Shown here one piece after another: positions 39,383 to 48,110 of a stretch of DNA of 64,000 nt. Source of the stretch: an uncultured Microbacteriaceae bacterium (GTDB lineage Bacteria; Actinomycetota; Actinomycetes; Actinomycetales; Microbacteriaceae); contig CAYGLJ010000002.1 in assembly GCA_964350865.1 (NCBI GenBank), forward strand, positions 2,276-66,275. Direction: 5' to 3'. Each line of letters starts with the position of its first letter. Position 1 is the first letter of the stretch. The notes beneath the pieces are model-generated. The model made no database searches. It saw only the letters and a program-made list of their open reading frames with translations, and was not told where the DNA came from. The translations under genes were made by a program, and so were the position numbers.

Positions 39383-39482
39383 TGGTACTACCTTCCTTCG
39401 AGAGGTTGTATTGTTTGCCCGAGTTGCCAGAGTGGGGAGCTCAGGGAGAATAAGCGACCCTCTCTGGCTACTCGTGCGCTTC

Positions 39483-39502
39483 CGTCTCCAGGGCTGGAGA
39501 CG
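39483..39502 (-). other. 8-bp stem-loop between the deoR stop and the EIIC start
   Basis: cgtctcca-gggc-tggagacg. No U-tract follows on the minus-strand RNA. Confidence 0.25.
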
Positions 39503-39521
39503 AAACCTAAGTTGTGGTGGC

Positions 39522-40280
39522 TCATGCGACCACCACTTCGACACCACGCTGGGTGAATCCCTCGATAAATGAGGAGTCAGTCCCAAGGTCCGTGACGAGT
39601 CGATCAAAATCTGACGGTTCCCCAAACGTCGCGGGATACGTAGAACCAAATTTGCTGTTGTCTGCCAGAAGAATGGTTTCGGCCGAGTGGGAAATAAAGA
39701 CCTTCTTGACGAGAGCCTCATCAGTGTCAAACGCGGTGATGCCAAGATTTTTTGAAATTCCGTTCGCGCCCACGAAGGCGACGACCGCGTTGAGCTGACT
39801 CAAGTCCTCCACTGTCCTTGCGCCGACTGAACTCAGTGTGGTCGGGCGGACTCTGCCCGAGAGCATGTAGGTCTTTGTGGAGCTGTCCGCAATCTGTGAG
39901 GCGAGGGTGACGCTGTTGGTGACAACCAGCAGGTCGGGGCGGTTGCGAAGAGCGGGAGCAAGGAACTCGGTCGTCGTTCCGCCATCCACAAAGATGCAGC
40001 CTTCATCGGGAATGTATTCCGATGCTGTCTCGGCGATGCGCTTCTTTGCATCGGGATTGAGGTTTTGACGTTCCGGGATGGTGTACTCGTGAGCGAAGCG
40101 TTCCATGGCGATCGCACCACCATGAACCTTGCGAAGAGCACCTCGGCGCTGGAGAACGTCTAGGTCTCGACGAACTGTCTCCGTGGCGACGTTGAGTTTT
40201 GCGGCAGCTTCGGCAGCGTTGAGGCGACCCTCATTACGCGTCCAGTCGACGATTAAGAGTCGCCGTTCTTCTGCCAACAT
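39522..40280 (-). CDS. DeoR/GlpR-family transcriptional regulator
   Basis: N-terminal HTH (ERRLLIVDWTRNEGRLNAAEAAAKLNVATETVRRDLDVL) and a C-terminal sugar-phosphate sensor domain (IFVDGGTTT...VTNS). Confidence 0.9.
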   Translation of the reverse strand: MLAEERRLLIVDWTRNEGRLNAAEAAAKLNVATETVRRDLDVLQRRGALRKVHGGAIAMERFAHEYTIPERQNLNPDAKKRIAETASEYIPDEGCIFVDGGTTTEFLAPALRNRPDLLVVTNSVTLASQIADSSTKTYMLSGRVRPTTLSSVGARTVEDLSQLNAVVAFVGANGISKNLGITAFDTDEALVKKVFISHSAETILLADNSKFGSTYPATFGEPSDFDRLVTDLGTDSSFIEGFTQRGVEVVVA

Positions 40281-40320
40281 CGTCGTTGCCCTTCAGGATT
40301 CTATGAATTACCTGACAGGA

Positions 40321-40375
40321 AACTAACACAAAACCACACATAACAACACCCAAAACCACAAAAAACCATAAATAT
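40321..40375 (-). promoter_or_regulatory. 55-nt G-free (plus strand) CA-rich tract with three AAAACCA repeats, upstream of deoR
   Basis: AAAACCA occurs at 40330-40336, 40352-40358 and 40362-40368, so on the minus strand TGGTTTT is spaced 10 and 22 nt. There is no G between 40321 and 40375. Confidence 0.3.
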
Positions 40376-40386
40376 GGCGATGAAGG

Positions 40387-41355
40387 TTAGAAAAGTCCCG
40401 GTTCTGCCAAAGTCTTGGCGAGGTCAGGAGAGACGCTCAGACTTACCGAGGGCAGTCCCTCGAGGCTGTGCAGCTGGGAGCTCACTTCCTGAACTTTGAG
40501 AGCCCCCCACGCCACTCCTGTGGCAACTGACTCGGCAAACTGATCGGGGTAATTGATGATGTGCGAGAGGAAACCCGCGACGCTTGCGTCACCTGCGCCG
40601 ATGGTGTTTCGCACCGTCACCGGCCCAGTGGACGCGTGCACGGTACCTGAGGAAGAAACCCCCACTATTCCGTCTGGCCCGAGTGATACCAGCACGTGAG
40701 TAACTCCCCACCGATGGACTTCCTGCGCTGCCTCCACAACATCACCAATCGTCAGAAGAGGTCTGCCCACACACTCCGCAAGCTCTGGCGCGTTGGGTTT
40801 GATGAAGTCGGGGAGTCCCGAACGGGCAAGTTCCATCAGCGGAGCTCCTGAAGTATCCAGACCTACAAGAATTCCCTCGTCGTGGGCGAGCTCGAACAGC
40901 TTCTGAAGATCGAGTGCGCTGCCCTCTGTGCTGAGAGGAATTGTTCCTGCTAACAGGATCCACGGTGAACCATGCTCCCGGGCCAGAGACAGAGTCGTGT
41001 CCTGGAGCCCGACCCAGTCTGCAGTGGTCAAGGCTGAGGCCTTTTCGTTGATCTTGGTAGTTCGCCCATTGTCATCGAGCACCGTGATGTTGACCCGCAA
41101 GGGGTGGGTCACGGTGTGGGAGTGAATGATCTCTGGATTCGCCCTGTCTGTCTCCTCCCCCGAGAGCGGAAGGACGGCGAGCGACTGGATGCCACCCAGA
41201 ACTAAACCTGAGGACACATTCACTCCTTTCCCTGCCAGCTCTGCATACGACTCGCGTGCACGGTGCACTTCACCAAGGTGCAGGGAATCCACGAGATAGG
41301 TGCGATCGATCGCCGGAGCTGGAGTCAGTGTGATGACGCGGGCTGGGTTACTCAC
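40387..41355 (-). CDS. pfkB: PfkB-family sugar-phosphate kinase (1-phosphofructokinase / tagatose-6-phosphate kinase type)
   Basis: TLTPAPAIDRTY start, GKGVNV, and C-terminal NTIGAGDASVAGF motif. GTG start. Confidence 0.85.
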   Translation of the reverse strand: MSNPARVITLTPAPAIDRTYLVDSLHLGEVHRARESYAELAGKGVNVSSGLVLGGIQSLAVLPLSGEETDRANPEIIHSHTVTHPLRVNITVLDDNGRTTKINEKASALTTADWVGLQDTTLSLAREHGSPWILLAGTIPLSTEGSALDLQKLFELAHDEGILVGLDTSGAPLMELARSGLPDFIKPNAPELAECVGRPLLTIGDVVEAAQEVHRWGVTHVLVSLGPDGIVGVSSSGTVHASTGPVTVRNTIGAGDASVAGFLSHIINYPDQFAESVATGVAWGALKVQEVSSQLHSLEGLPSVSLSVSPDLAKTLAEPGLF

Positions 41356-41391
41356 TGAGAGTCCTTACTGTTCTCGGGGTAATGAGCACAA

Positions 41392-41419
41392 AGTATAGGC
41401 AGTGCCTCAAGCCTCACAA
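41392..41419 (-). promoter_or_regulatory. candidate promoter of pfkB
   Basis: Minus strand reads TTGTGA-N16-TATACT, with the -10 about 37 nt upstream of the GTG start. It is flanked by the palindrome ACAATTGT (41416-41423). Confidence 0.4.
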
Positions 41420-41482
41420 TTGTTTGCCTTGCGTTAACCATCCCCACACCCGCCGTATAGACAGCGAAACAACGCTGGAGCC

Positions 41483-41504
41483 TGTGACAGTGATCTCTGT
41501 CACA
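41483..41504 (+). promoter_or_regulatory. perfect 8-bp inverted repeat upstream of pstS (candidate operator or 5'-UTR hairpin)
   Basis: tgtgacag-tgatct-ctgtcaca, ending 27 nt upstream of the pstS GTG. Confidence 0.3.
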
Positions 41505-41530
41505 CCAATGCCCAAGAGGAGAAATACACA

Positions 41531-42523
41531 GTGAAGAAAAACATCATTGCTCCGGTCGCTCTCGCAGCTGCCGGACTCTTGCTGTTGTCTGCATGTGCAA
41601 CCGAAGCAGAAGAAGCTGCTCCCGTTGCCGAGGAGACTGCCGCGACCGAGTCCACCGAAGCCGCTTCGGAGCTCTCCGGCACCGTTTTGCTCGATGGTTC
41701 TAGCACCGTTGGTCCTTTCGCTGAAGCAGCTGCAGAGCTCTTTATGGAGGTCAACCCCGGGGTTGCTGTAACCGTGGGTATTTCTGGTACCGGTGGAGGC
41801 TTCGAGAAGTTCTGTAACGGTGAAACCGATGGCTCTAACGCATCGCGTGACATCAAGGACGAGGAGTCCGCATTGTGTGCCGATAACGGAATTGCTTTCG
41901 GTCGCGTGACCGTTGCTAACGACGCTCTCTCCGTCATCGTCAACCAGGACAACCCACTTGAGTGCATCTCGACCGACGCACTGAAGGCCCTCTGGGAGCT
42001 CGACTCCACCGTCTCCACCTGGGGTGACATCCCCGGCATCGACGCTGGCGACCTGGCTTCCGAAGAGGTTGTGCTGTATGGCCCCGGAACTGACTCGGGA
42101 ACATTCGACTTCTTCACCGATGAAATCAACGGCGAGAGTGGAAACATTCGTACCGACTACAACAACATTGGTGAAGATGACAACCAGGCCGTGCAGGGAG
42201 TCTCTGGTGGACTCGGTGCAATGGCCTTCATCCCCTACTCCTTCTACCAGGAGTACTCCGACACAGTGAAGGGCCTTGCCATCGACAGTGGCGCCGGATG
42301 TGTTGACCCCACCGTGGAGAACCTCCTCGCTGGTGACTACACCCCGCTCGGCCGTTCGCTCTTCATGTTCCCCGCGTCCTCCGCATTGGAGCGTCCCGAG
42401 GTTCTCGCTTTCTACAATTTTGTGATTGACGAGAACGAGACGATCGCTGGCGCAGCAGGCCTCGTTGCTCTGACTGATGACCAGAAAGCGGAGCAGCTCG
42501 CCGTGGTTGCGGGTCTCGGCTAA
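41531..42523 (+). CDS. pstS: phosphate ABC transporter substrate-binding lipoprotein PstS
   Basis: Lipobox LLSAC, and DGSSTVGP...ISGTGGGFEKFC motifs of the PstS family. Confidence 0.9.
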   Translation: MKKNIIAPVALAAAGLLLLSACATEAEEAAPVAEETAATESTEAASELSGTVLLDGSSTVGPFAEAAAELFMEVNPGVAVTVGISGTGGGFEKFCNGETDGSNASRDIKDEESALCADNGIAFGRVTVANDALSVIVNQDNPLECISTDALKALWELDSTVSTWGDIPGIDAGDLASEEVVLYGPGTDSGTFDFFTDEINGESGNIRTDYNNIGEDDNQAVQGVSGGLGAMAFIPYSFYQEYSDTVKGLAIDSGAGCVDPTVENLLAGDYTPLGRSLFMFPASSALERPEVLAFYNFVIDENETIAGAAGLVALTDDQKAEQLAVVAGLG

Positions 42524-42581
42524 ACCCGAGCTTCAACTACATAACTAACGGGGCGATGGAGAAATTAGGAGTTATTGACTA

Positions 42582-43529
42582 ATGTCTTCATCTGTGACGT
42601 CGGTGCGGAGTGGTCCTATGAGAACACTCCGCGCCGACAACCCCCGTTACGGGGAAAAGGCAATTTTTGCCTTTCTTTTCTTTACGGCAGCCGTCTCGGT
42701 GGCTGTCACCACAGCCATCGTTTTGGCGTTATTTCAACCGCTGCCGGGTTTCTTCGCCGAAATCTCGATAGTAGAGTTCTTCACCGCGACAGAGTGGTCC
42801 CCTGGTTATGCCCGGCCCATCTACGGGGTGTGGCCGATTGTTGTGGGAACCATGATCGTGGTGGTGACGGCCCTCTTAGTGGCCATTCCACTGGGCCTTC
42901 TCTCGGCCATCTATTTGTCTGAATATGCTCCCAACCCAGTGCGCAAGACCATCAAGCCTGTGCTCGAGATTCTTGAGGGAATCCCCACCGTGGCGACCGG
43001 TTTGTTTGCGTTCTTCTGGCTACGACCTTTTCTGGAATACATGACTCCGTGGTTGCCGTGGGGTGGATTGTTTTCTACCGGCGTTGCGGGAGTTGCGGTG
43101 GGACTCATCATCGTTCCTTTGATTGCGTCGGTGGCTGATGACGCGATGCGTTCCGTTCCGAGAGCGTTGCGAGAGGGCGCCTACGCTTTGGGAGCGAGTC
43201 GGCTCCGCGTTGCCCTGCAGGTCGTCGTACCGGCGGCTTTCTCCGGGATTATTGCGGCGTTCGTCTTGGGCGCTTCCCGAGCGGTGGGTGAAACCATGAT
43301 TGTTCTCTTGGTGGCTGGAGCCGGGTCCCCAACCTTGAACTTCAACCCATTTGAAGGTATCCAAACGATGACTGCCTATATCGCAAGCCGAGCAACCGGT
43401 GAGATTGCGGTGGGTTCACTCGTATATGACACCATCTTCGCGGTGGGAGCCCTTCTGTTCTTGATAACCCTTGCGATGAACATGATCGCTATTCGATTCG
43501 TGTCTCGCTTCCGGGAGGTCTACGAATAA
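42582..43529 (+). CDS. pstC: phosphate ABC transporter permease PstC
   Basis: Six TM helices and an EAA-like loop REGAYALGASRLRV. Sits in the pstSCAB order. Confidence 0.9.
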   Translation: MSSSVTSVRSGPMRTLRADNPRYGEKAIFAFLFFTAAVSVAVTTAIVLALFQPLPGFFAEISIVEFFTATEWSPGYARPIYGVWPIVVGTMIVVVTALLVAIPLGLLSAIYLSEYAPNPVRKTIKPVLEILEGIPTVATGLFAFFWLRPFLEYMTPWLPWGGLFSTGVAGVAVGLIIVPLIASVADDAMRSVPRALREGAYALGASRLRVALQVVVPAAFSGIIAAFVLGASRAVGETMIVLLVAGAGSPTLNFNPFEGIQTMTAYIASRATGEIAVGSLVYDTIFAVGALLFLITLAMNMIAIRFVSRFREVYE

Positions 43530-44470
43530 TGGCCAACGCATTCTCAAATCTTCCGGGTCGCGCCCAGTTCGCCGCCGCTGGCGCGGGACTGGCCGTGCAG
43601 AACCGATTTGCCTCGAGTGGGTCGAAGGGAAAAACGGCAAACACTCTGTTCTTAGCCCTCATGCTGTTGGCGTTGACTATCGCGATTACCGCTATCGTCG
43701 CGATCCTTGCGTGGGCTTTCGTGGAGGGTCGGACTCGCCTCGATGGTGACCTAATTTTTAACGGGCCTTCCACCGTCAATCGGGCCACAGCCGGTTACAG
43801 CGTGGCCATCCTCGGAACGCTGCAGATCATTGGTGGAGTTATTGCTTTGATCATTCCCCTCGGTGCAGGGGCAGCGCTCTACCTCGAGCAATTCGCCGAT
43901 AAGACCAAGTGGTGGAACCGCGTGATTGAGCTGAACATCCAGAACCTCGCGGGTGTGCCCTCCATCGTGTTTGGAATTTTGGGCCTGGCATTCTTCGTGA
44001 GGGGGCCTTTCAGCTGGGGTCTCGTGGCCGCGGCTGGATCGGCAACTGTTGCCCTCCTGGTGCTTCCTACCGTGATTCTTGCCTCCCGGGAAGCCATTAA
44101 GGCTGTGCCCCCCTCAATTTTGGAGGGCTCCTTGGCCCTGGGTGCCACTCGCTGGCAGGCGGTGTGGCGTCAGGTCTTGCCCGCCGCAGCGCCGGGAATG
44201 TTGACCGGCGTCATCCTTGCGGTGTCGCGAGCAATTGGTGAGGCAGCACCCCTGTTGCTCGTGGGTGCGCTGACCTTCGTGACCTTCGCCCCGAACTTCT
44301 TCGAGGGAGGCTACTCAGCCCTTCCAGTCCTGATTTACAACTACGCGGGTCGCCCTCAGGAAGAGTTTCAGATCCTCGCCGCAGCTGGTGTTCTCCTGAT
44401 GCTCGCTGTGCTCATTGTCATCAACTCGTTCGCCATTTGGCTCCGCGCTCGATACGAAAGAAGCTGGTAG
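43529..44470 (+). CDS. pstA: phosphate ABC transporter permease PstA
   Basis: EAA loop LEGSLALGATRWQAVWRQVLP. 1-nt overlap with pstC. Confidence 0.9.
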   Translation: MANAFSNLPGRAQFAAAGAGLAVQNRFASSGSKGKTANTLFLALMLLALTIAITAIVAILAWAFVEGRTRLDGDLIFNGPSTVNRATAGYSVAILGTLQIIGGVIALIIPLGAGAALYLEQFADKTKWWNRVIELNIQNLAGVPSIVFGILGLAFFVRGPFSWGLVAAAGSATVALLVLPTVILASREAIKAVPPSILEGSLALGATRWQAVWRQVLPAAAPGMLTGVILAVSRAIGEAAPLLLVGALTFVTFAPNFFEGGYSALPVLIYNYAGRPQEEFQILAAAGVLLMLAVLIVINSFAIWLRARYERSW

Positions 44471-44482
44471 GAGAAGAAATCC

Positions 44483-45292
44483 ATGAACGTTCCCATCGGA
44501 GAAGAGTCGGTGCCCAACGAGGTATTCACCCTCAAAGACGTATCGGTCTACTACGGCGACAACCTCGCCGTCCAGAACGTGAACCTGCCCATTTATGAGA
44601 ACCAGATCACGGCTCTCATTGGACCGTCGGGGTGTGGAAAGTCCACGATTCTCCGAAGCCTCAACCGTATGAACGACCTCATCCCCGGAGCCAAAGTGAC
44701 GGGTGATGTTCTCTATCACGGCCAAGACGTCTACGGGTCTGATGTTGACCCTGTCCAGGTACGCAAGGTCATTGGAATGGTCTTCCAGAAGCCCAACCCC
44801 TTTCCTAAGTCCATCTACGAAAACATTGCGTTTGGTCCCAAGACCCTCGGGATGAAGGGCAACATGGACGACATTGTGGAAGAGGCCCTTGTCGGCGCAG
44901 CACTGTGGGACGAGGTCAAGGACCGTCTCAAGGACAACGCCTTTGGAATGTCTGGTGGTCAGCAACAGCGTCTATGTATTGCCCGCGCGATTGCGGTGAA
45001 GCCCGATGTCATTCTGATGGACGAGCCCTGCTCCGCTTTGGACCCGGTCTCGACCTTCAAGATTGAGGACCTCATGAACGAACTGAAGTCCGACTACACG
45101 ATCGTTATCGTGACGCACAATATGCAGCAGGCCGCTCGTGTGGCAGATCGCACCGCGTTCTTCACGGTTGCCTCCGATGATGAGGCGGGTAGCCGAGTTG
45201 GTGTCCTGGTTGAGCACGACAAGACCGACAAGATCTTCTCGAGTCCTGCCAACCAAAAGACGCTCGACTACGTCACCGGTCGCTTCGGATAA
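44483..45292 (+). CDS. pstB: phosphate ABC transporter ATP-binding protein PstB
   Basis: Walker [10 protein letters not shown], signature LSGGQQQRL, Walker B ILMDEP. Confidence 0.95.
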   Translation: MNVPIGEESVPNEVFTLKDVSVYYGDNLAVQNVNLPIYENQITALIGPSGCGKSTILRSLNRMNDLIPGAKVTGDVLYHGQDVYGSDVDPVQVRKVIGMVFQKPNPFPKSIYENIAFGPKTLGMKGNMDDIVEEALVGAALWDEVKDRLKDNAFGMSGGQQQRLCIARAIAVKPDVILMDEPCSALDPVSTFKIEDLMNELKSDYTIVIVTHNMQQAARVADRTAFFTVASDDEAGSRVGVLVEHDKTDKIFSSPANQKTLDYVTGRFG

Positions 45293-45324
45293 CCCACTGG
45301 CTGGCTAAAGCCTAAGCTGGGGGC

Positions 45325-46638
45325 ATGACGGTAGAACTACCGGGTGCGGCAACGGAGCGCGCCACGGCCGAGCTCCTCGATAGCCGCGACCCCCTCGCCC
45401 CGTTCCGGTCCGAGTTCTTCCACGCTGATCCCGACCAGTGTTATTTGGATGGCAACTCCCTCGGGAAGCTTCCTCTCGCAACGAAGGACTCTGTCGCTTC
45501 TTTTGTGACCAATGAGTGGGGGACCGAGCTCGTCGAGGGCTGGGGGCACTGGATTGATGAAGCTCAGGTAGCAGGAGACCTTCTGGCGTCAGCAACCCTT
45601 CGGACGGGACCCGGTCAGACCCTCGTGTGTGACACGACGTCGATGAACTTCTACCAGCTCGCTATCGCTGCGATTCGATCCCGACCCGGTCGACAGACCG
45701 TGATCATTGATTCGGCAAACTTTCCGACAGACCGCTACATCCTCGAGGGGATTGCCACCGATCTGGGGTTGACCCTCATCACTCTGGACACTGACGGTCA
45801 GGGTGGGCCAGGAGCCGTGTCGGTGTCAGTCGAACACGAGCGTGTCACAGCAGAGGCTCTCGCTCCGTATCTGAGTGACGATGTTGCTCTCGTGACCTTG
45901 CAGGCCATCAACTACCGCTCTGGTGCACGCTCGGAACTCGCCGAGATTCAAGCTGCGGTGACCGCGGTCGGTGCCCACATGCTCTGGGATTGCTCTCATG
46001 CTGGTGGTGCCATCGATCTTGATTTTGATGGCAACAAGATTAATCTCGCGGTGGGGTGCACCTATAAGTATGGAAACTCGGGCCCCGGCTCTCCCGCCTG
46101 GTTGTTTGTCCGTTCTGAGCTGCAGCAGGAGCTCGAGGTGCCCATCAAAGGGTGGTTTGCGCAAGAAGACCAGTTCCTGATGGGTCCATGGTTCGAGAAA
46201 GCGCACGGAATTCGTGGGTTCCAGGTGGCAAGCCCCTCGATTGTGGGTATTCGGGGTGTCCAGGCGAGCTACGAGATGATCCAGCGCGCGGGAATTGCGG
46301 AAATCGAGAAGAAAGCGGGACTGGGCACTGAACTGATGATTCAGTTGGTGGACGCGTGGCTGGTTCCTCACGGTTTCAGCCTGGGAACACCGAGGGAAGC
46401 CTCCCATAGGGGTGGACACATCATTATTCGCCACCCGGAGGCCGCCACCATCGCACTGGCTCTGCGGCAGCTGGCTAATGTGGTGCCCGACTACCGGGCG
46501 CCTGACGCCATTCGGCTCGCGATATCTCCCCTGCCCACCTCGTACGTGGAGGTGTGGGATGGGTTCGACCGACTGCGAAGTTTGATGGAGTCTGGCGCCT
46601 ATCGAGAGGTGGCTCCGCAGGAGACTAGGGTTACCTAA
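45325..46638 (+). CDS. kynU: kynureninase
   Basis: PLP fold with the CTYKYGNSGPG Lys motif, and CYLDGNSLG near the N-terminus. Adjacent to a tryptophan 2,3-dioxygenase gene. Confidence 0.85.
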   Translation: MTVELPGAATERATAELLDSRDPLAPFRSEFFHADPDQCYLDGNSLGKLPLATKDSVASFVTNEWGTELVEGWGHWIDEAQVAGDLLASATLRTGPGQTLVCDTTSMNFYQLAIAAIRSRPGRQTVIIDSANFPTDRYILEGIATDLGLTLITLDTDGQGGPGAVSVSVEHERVTAEALAPYLSDDVALVTLQAINYRSGARSELAEIQAAVTAVGAHMLWDCSHAGGAIDLDFDGNKINLAVGCTYKYGNSGPGSPAWLFVRSELQQELEVPIKGWFAQEDQFLMGPWFEKAHGIRGFQVASPSIVGIRGVQASYEMIQRAGIAEIEKKAGLGTELMIQLVDAWLVPHGFSLGTPREASHRGGHIIIRHPEAATIALALRQLANVVPDYRAPDAIRLAISPLPTSYVEVWDGFDRLRSLMESGAYREVAPQETRVT

Positions 46639-47474
46639 TGCCTCCTGCCGATCATCAGAAAGCCGTCACCTACACGACCTATCTCAAAGTAGAGGAGCTG
46701 CTCTCGCTGCAGGAGCCTCTCTCGGATGGCCCTGAGCACGATGAGTTGTTGTTCATTACTATTCACCAGGTTTATGAGCTCTGGTTCCAACAAATCCTCC
46801 ACGAGCTAGCAGCTCTTCAACCAGCCCTTGAGAAGGGCGACACCCACCGGTCTCTGGCCCTTCTCGGTCGAGTTCGCTCGATCATGAAAACCTGTGTTCA
46901 ACAGATCGATGTCCTCGAAACCATGACGCCGCTGCAGTTCCAGTCGTTTCGTTCTCGTTTGTCCTCGGCCAGTGGCTTCCAGTCCGCGCAGTTCCGAGAG
47001 GTAGAAGCGGTCCTGGGGCGCAGAGATCACGCCGGCGAAAAAGCGCAAGAGGGGACCGGCATGAAAATGGCGGAACACTTAGTGCCGGGGTCCCCTGCCA
47101 GAGGGCGGGTAGAGGCGGCCATGGCGAGGCCCAGTGTTTGGGACTCTGCATTGCGCTACTGCCATGTTCGTGGCCATGAGATGCCCAGGGAGGTCCTCGA
47201 ACGTGATGTCGCTACACCCTGGGAGCCCAGGGAGGATGTCCAGGCGGCCCTCGTGTCTCTTCATCACACGGATCCCGAGTCGGCGATGGTGTGTGAAGCG
47301 CTAGTGGATCTTGATGAGGGATTGGGTGAATGGCGCTACCGTCACGTGAAGATGGTCGAGCGCACCATTGGGCGAAAGCCTGGCACGGGAGGATCCTCGG
47401 GCGTGGGCTATTTAGCCTCGACTCTTTTCAACCCGGTGTTCCCTGACTTATGGGCGATTCGAAGCCAGCTCTAA
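46638..47474 (+). CDS. kynA: tryptophan 2,3-dioxygenase
   Basis: YTTYLKVEELLSLQ...EHDELLFITIHQVYELWF and the C-terminal GTGGSSG motif. TAATG 1-nt overlap with kynU. Confidence 0.88.
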   Translation: MPPADHQKAVTYTTYLKVEELLSLQEPLSDGPEHDELLFITIHQVYELWFQQILHELAALQPALEKGDTHRSLALLGRVRSIMKTCVQQIDVLETMTPLQFQSFRSRLSSASGFQSAQFREVEAVLGRRDHAGEKAQEGTGMKMAEHLVPGSPARGRVEAAMARPSVWDSALRYCHVRGHEMPREVLERDVATPWEPREDVQAALVSLHHTDPESAMVCEALVDLDEGLGEWRYRHVKMVERTIGRKPGTGGSSGVGYLASTLFNPVFPDLWAIRSQL

Positions 47475-48043
47475 TGGCTATGCGGGTGGGCGCCTGAGCT
47501 GAACAGCGTTCGACGCTGTGGTGGGGTGTAGTCACACACGTCTCCCGGGCAGAGCTGGGGCTTCTCTTTCGAAAACACCCGATAGAGCTCACACCCCACA
47601 CAGATACCAAACGCGGTTTCGAGAAACATCAGGCTTAGACAGAACCCGCAAAACAGCAACATGTAGTCGTTCTGGAGTCCCAGGAACCCCATGCCCATGC
47701 ACGCGATGAAGGCCATTCCAAACCCGAGAGACCAGGCGAGTCTTTTCTGAGCGGCGCCCACCCATTCGGGACGTTGCCGTCTCACCATCAACGCTCCTAG
47801 TGCCATGGAGGGGGCAAAGCGGTGGTTGAGGCCGATGCGAATTCCCATGTCAATCAGGAACAGAATTGCGAATCCTCGGACGGGCTGGAAGTCGCCGGTG
47901 AAGAAGGCATAGGAGACAGCGCTGAAACCCAGCAGGAACAGAATCCCGGCAGAAGCTCTCACCGCACGTTCGTTAAAGACAGGAATGTCGATGCCCTCGA
48001 CTTTCTCGCCAAAGTCGTAGGTTTCCTCACGGGTTGCCGCCAT
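47471..48043 (-). CDS. DUF4395-like membrane protein
   Basis: Four TM helices and a C-terminal Cys cluster (CVGCELY...CPGDVC). Confidence 0.55.
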   Translation of the reverse strand: MAATREETYDFGEKVEGIDIPVFNERAVRASAGILFLLGFSAVSYAFFTGDFQPVRGFAILFLIDMGIRIGLNHRFAPSMALGALMVRRQRPEWVGAAQKRLAWSLGFGMAFIACMGMGFLGLQNDYMLLFCGFCLSLMFLETAFGICVGCELYRVFSKEKPQLCPGDVCDYTPPQRRTLFSSGAHPHSH

Positions 48044-48110
48044 AGAGACAGTATACCCTGGGGGGTATTAGGACGGCAACGAGGATTCACTGGCGGAATA
48101 CGCTAGGGGC

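Noticed and set aside
39383-39745. 121-codon N-terminal extension of the EIIC ORF, which overlaps the deoR 3' end.
   Set aside because: The extension is Arg/Pro/Ser-rich. A strong SD plus ATG at 39382 begins exactly where MtlA-like similarity starts.
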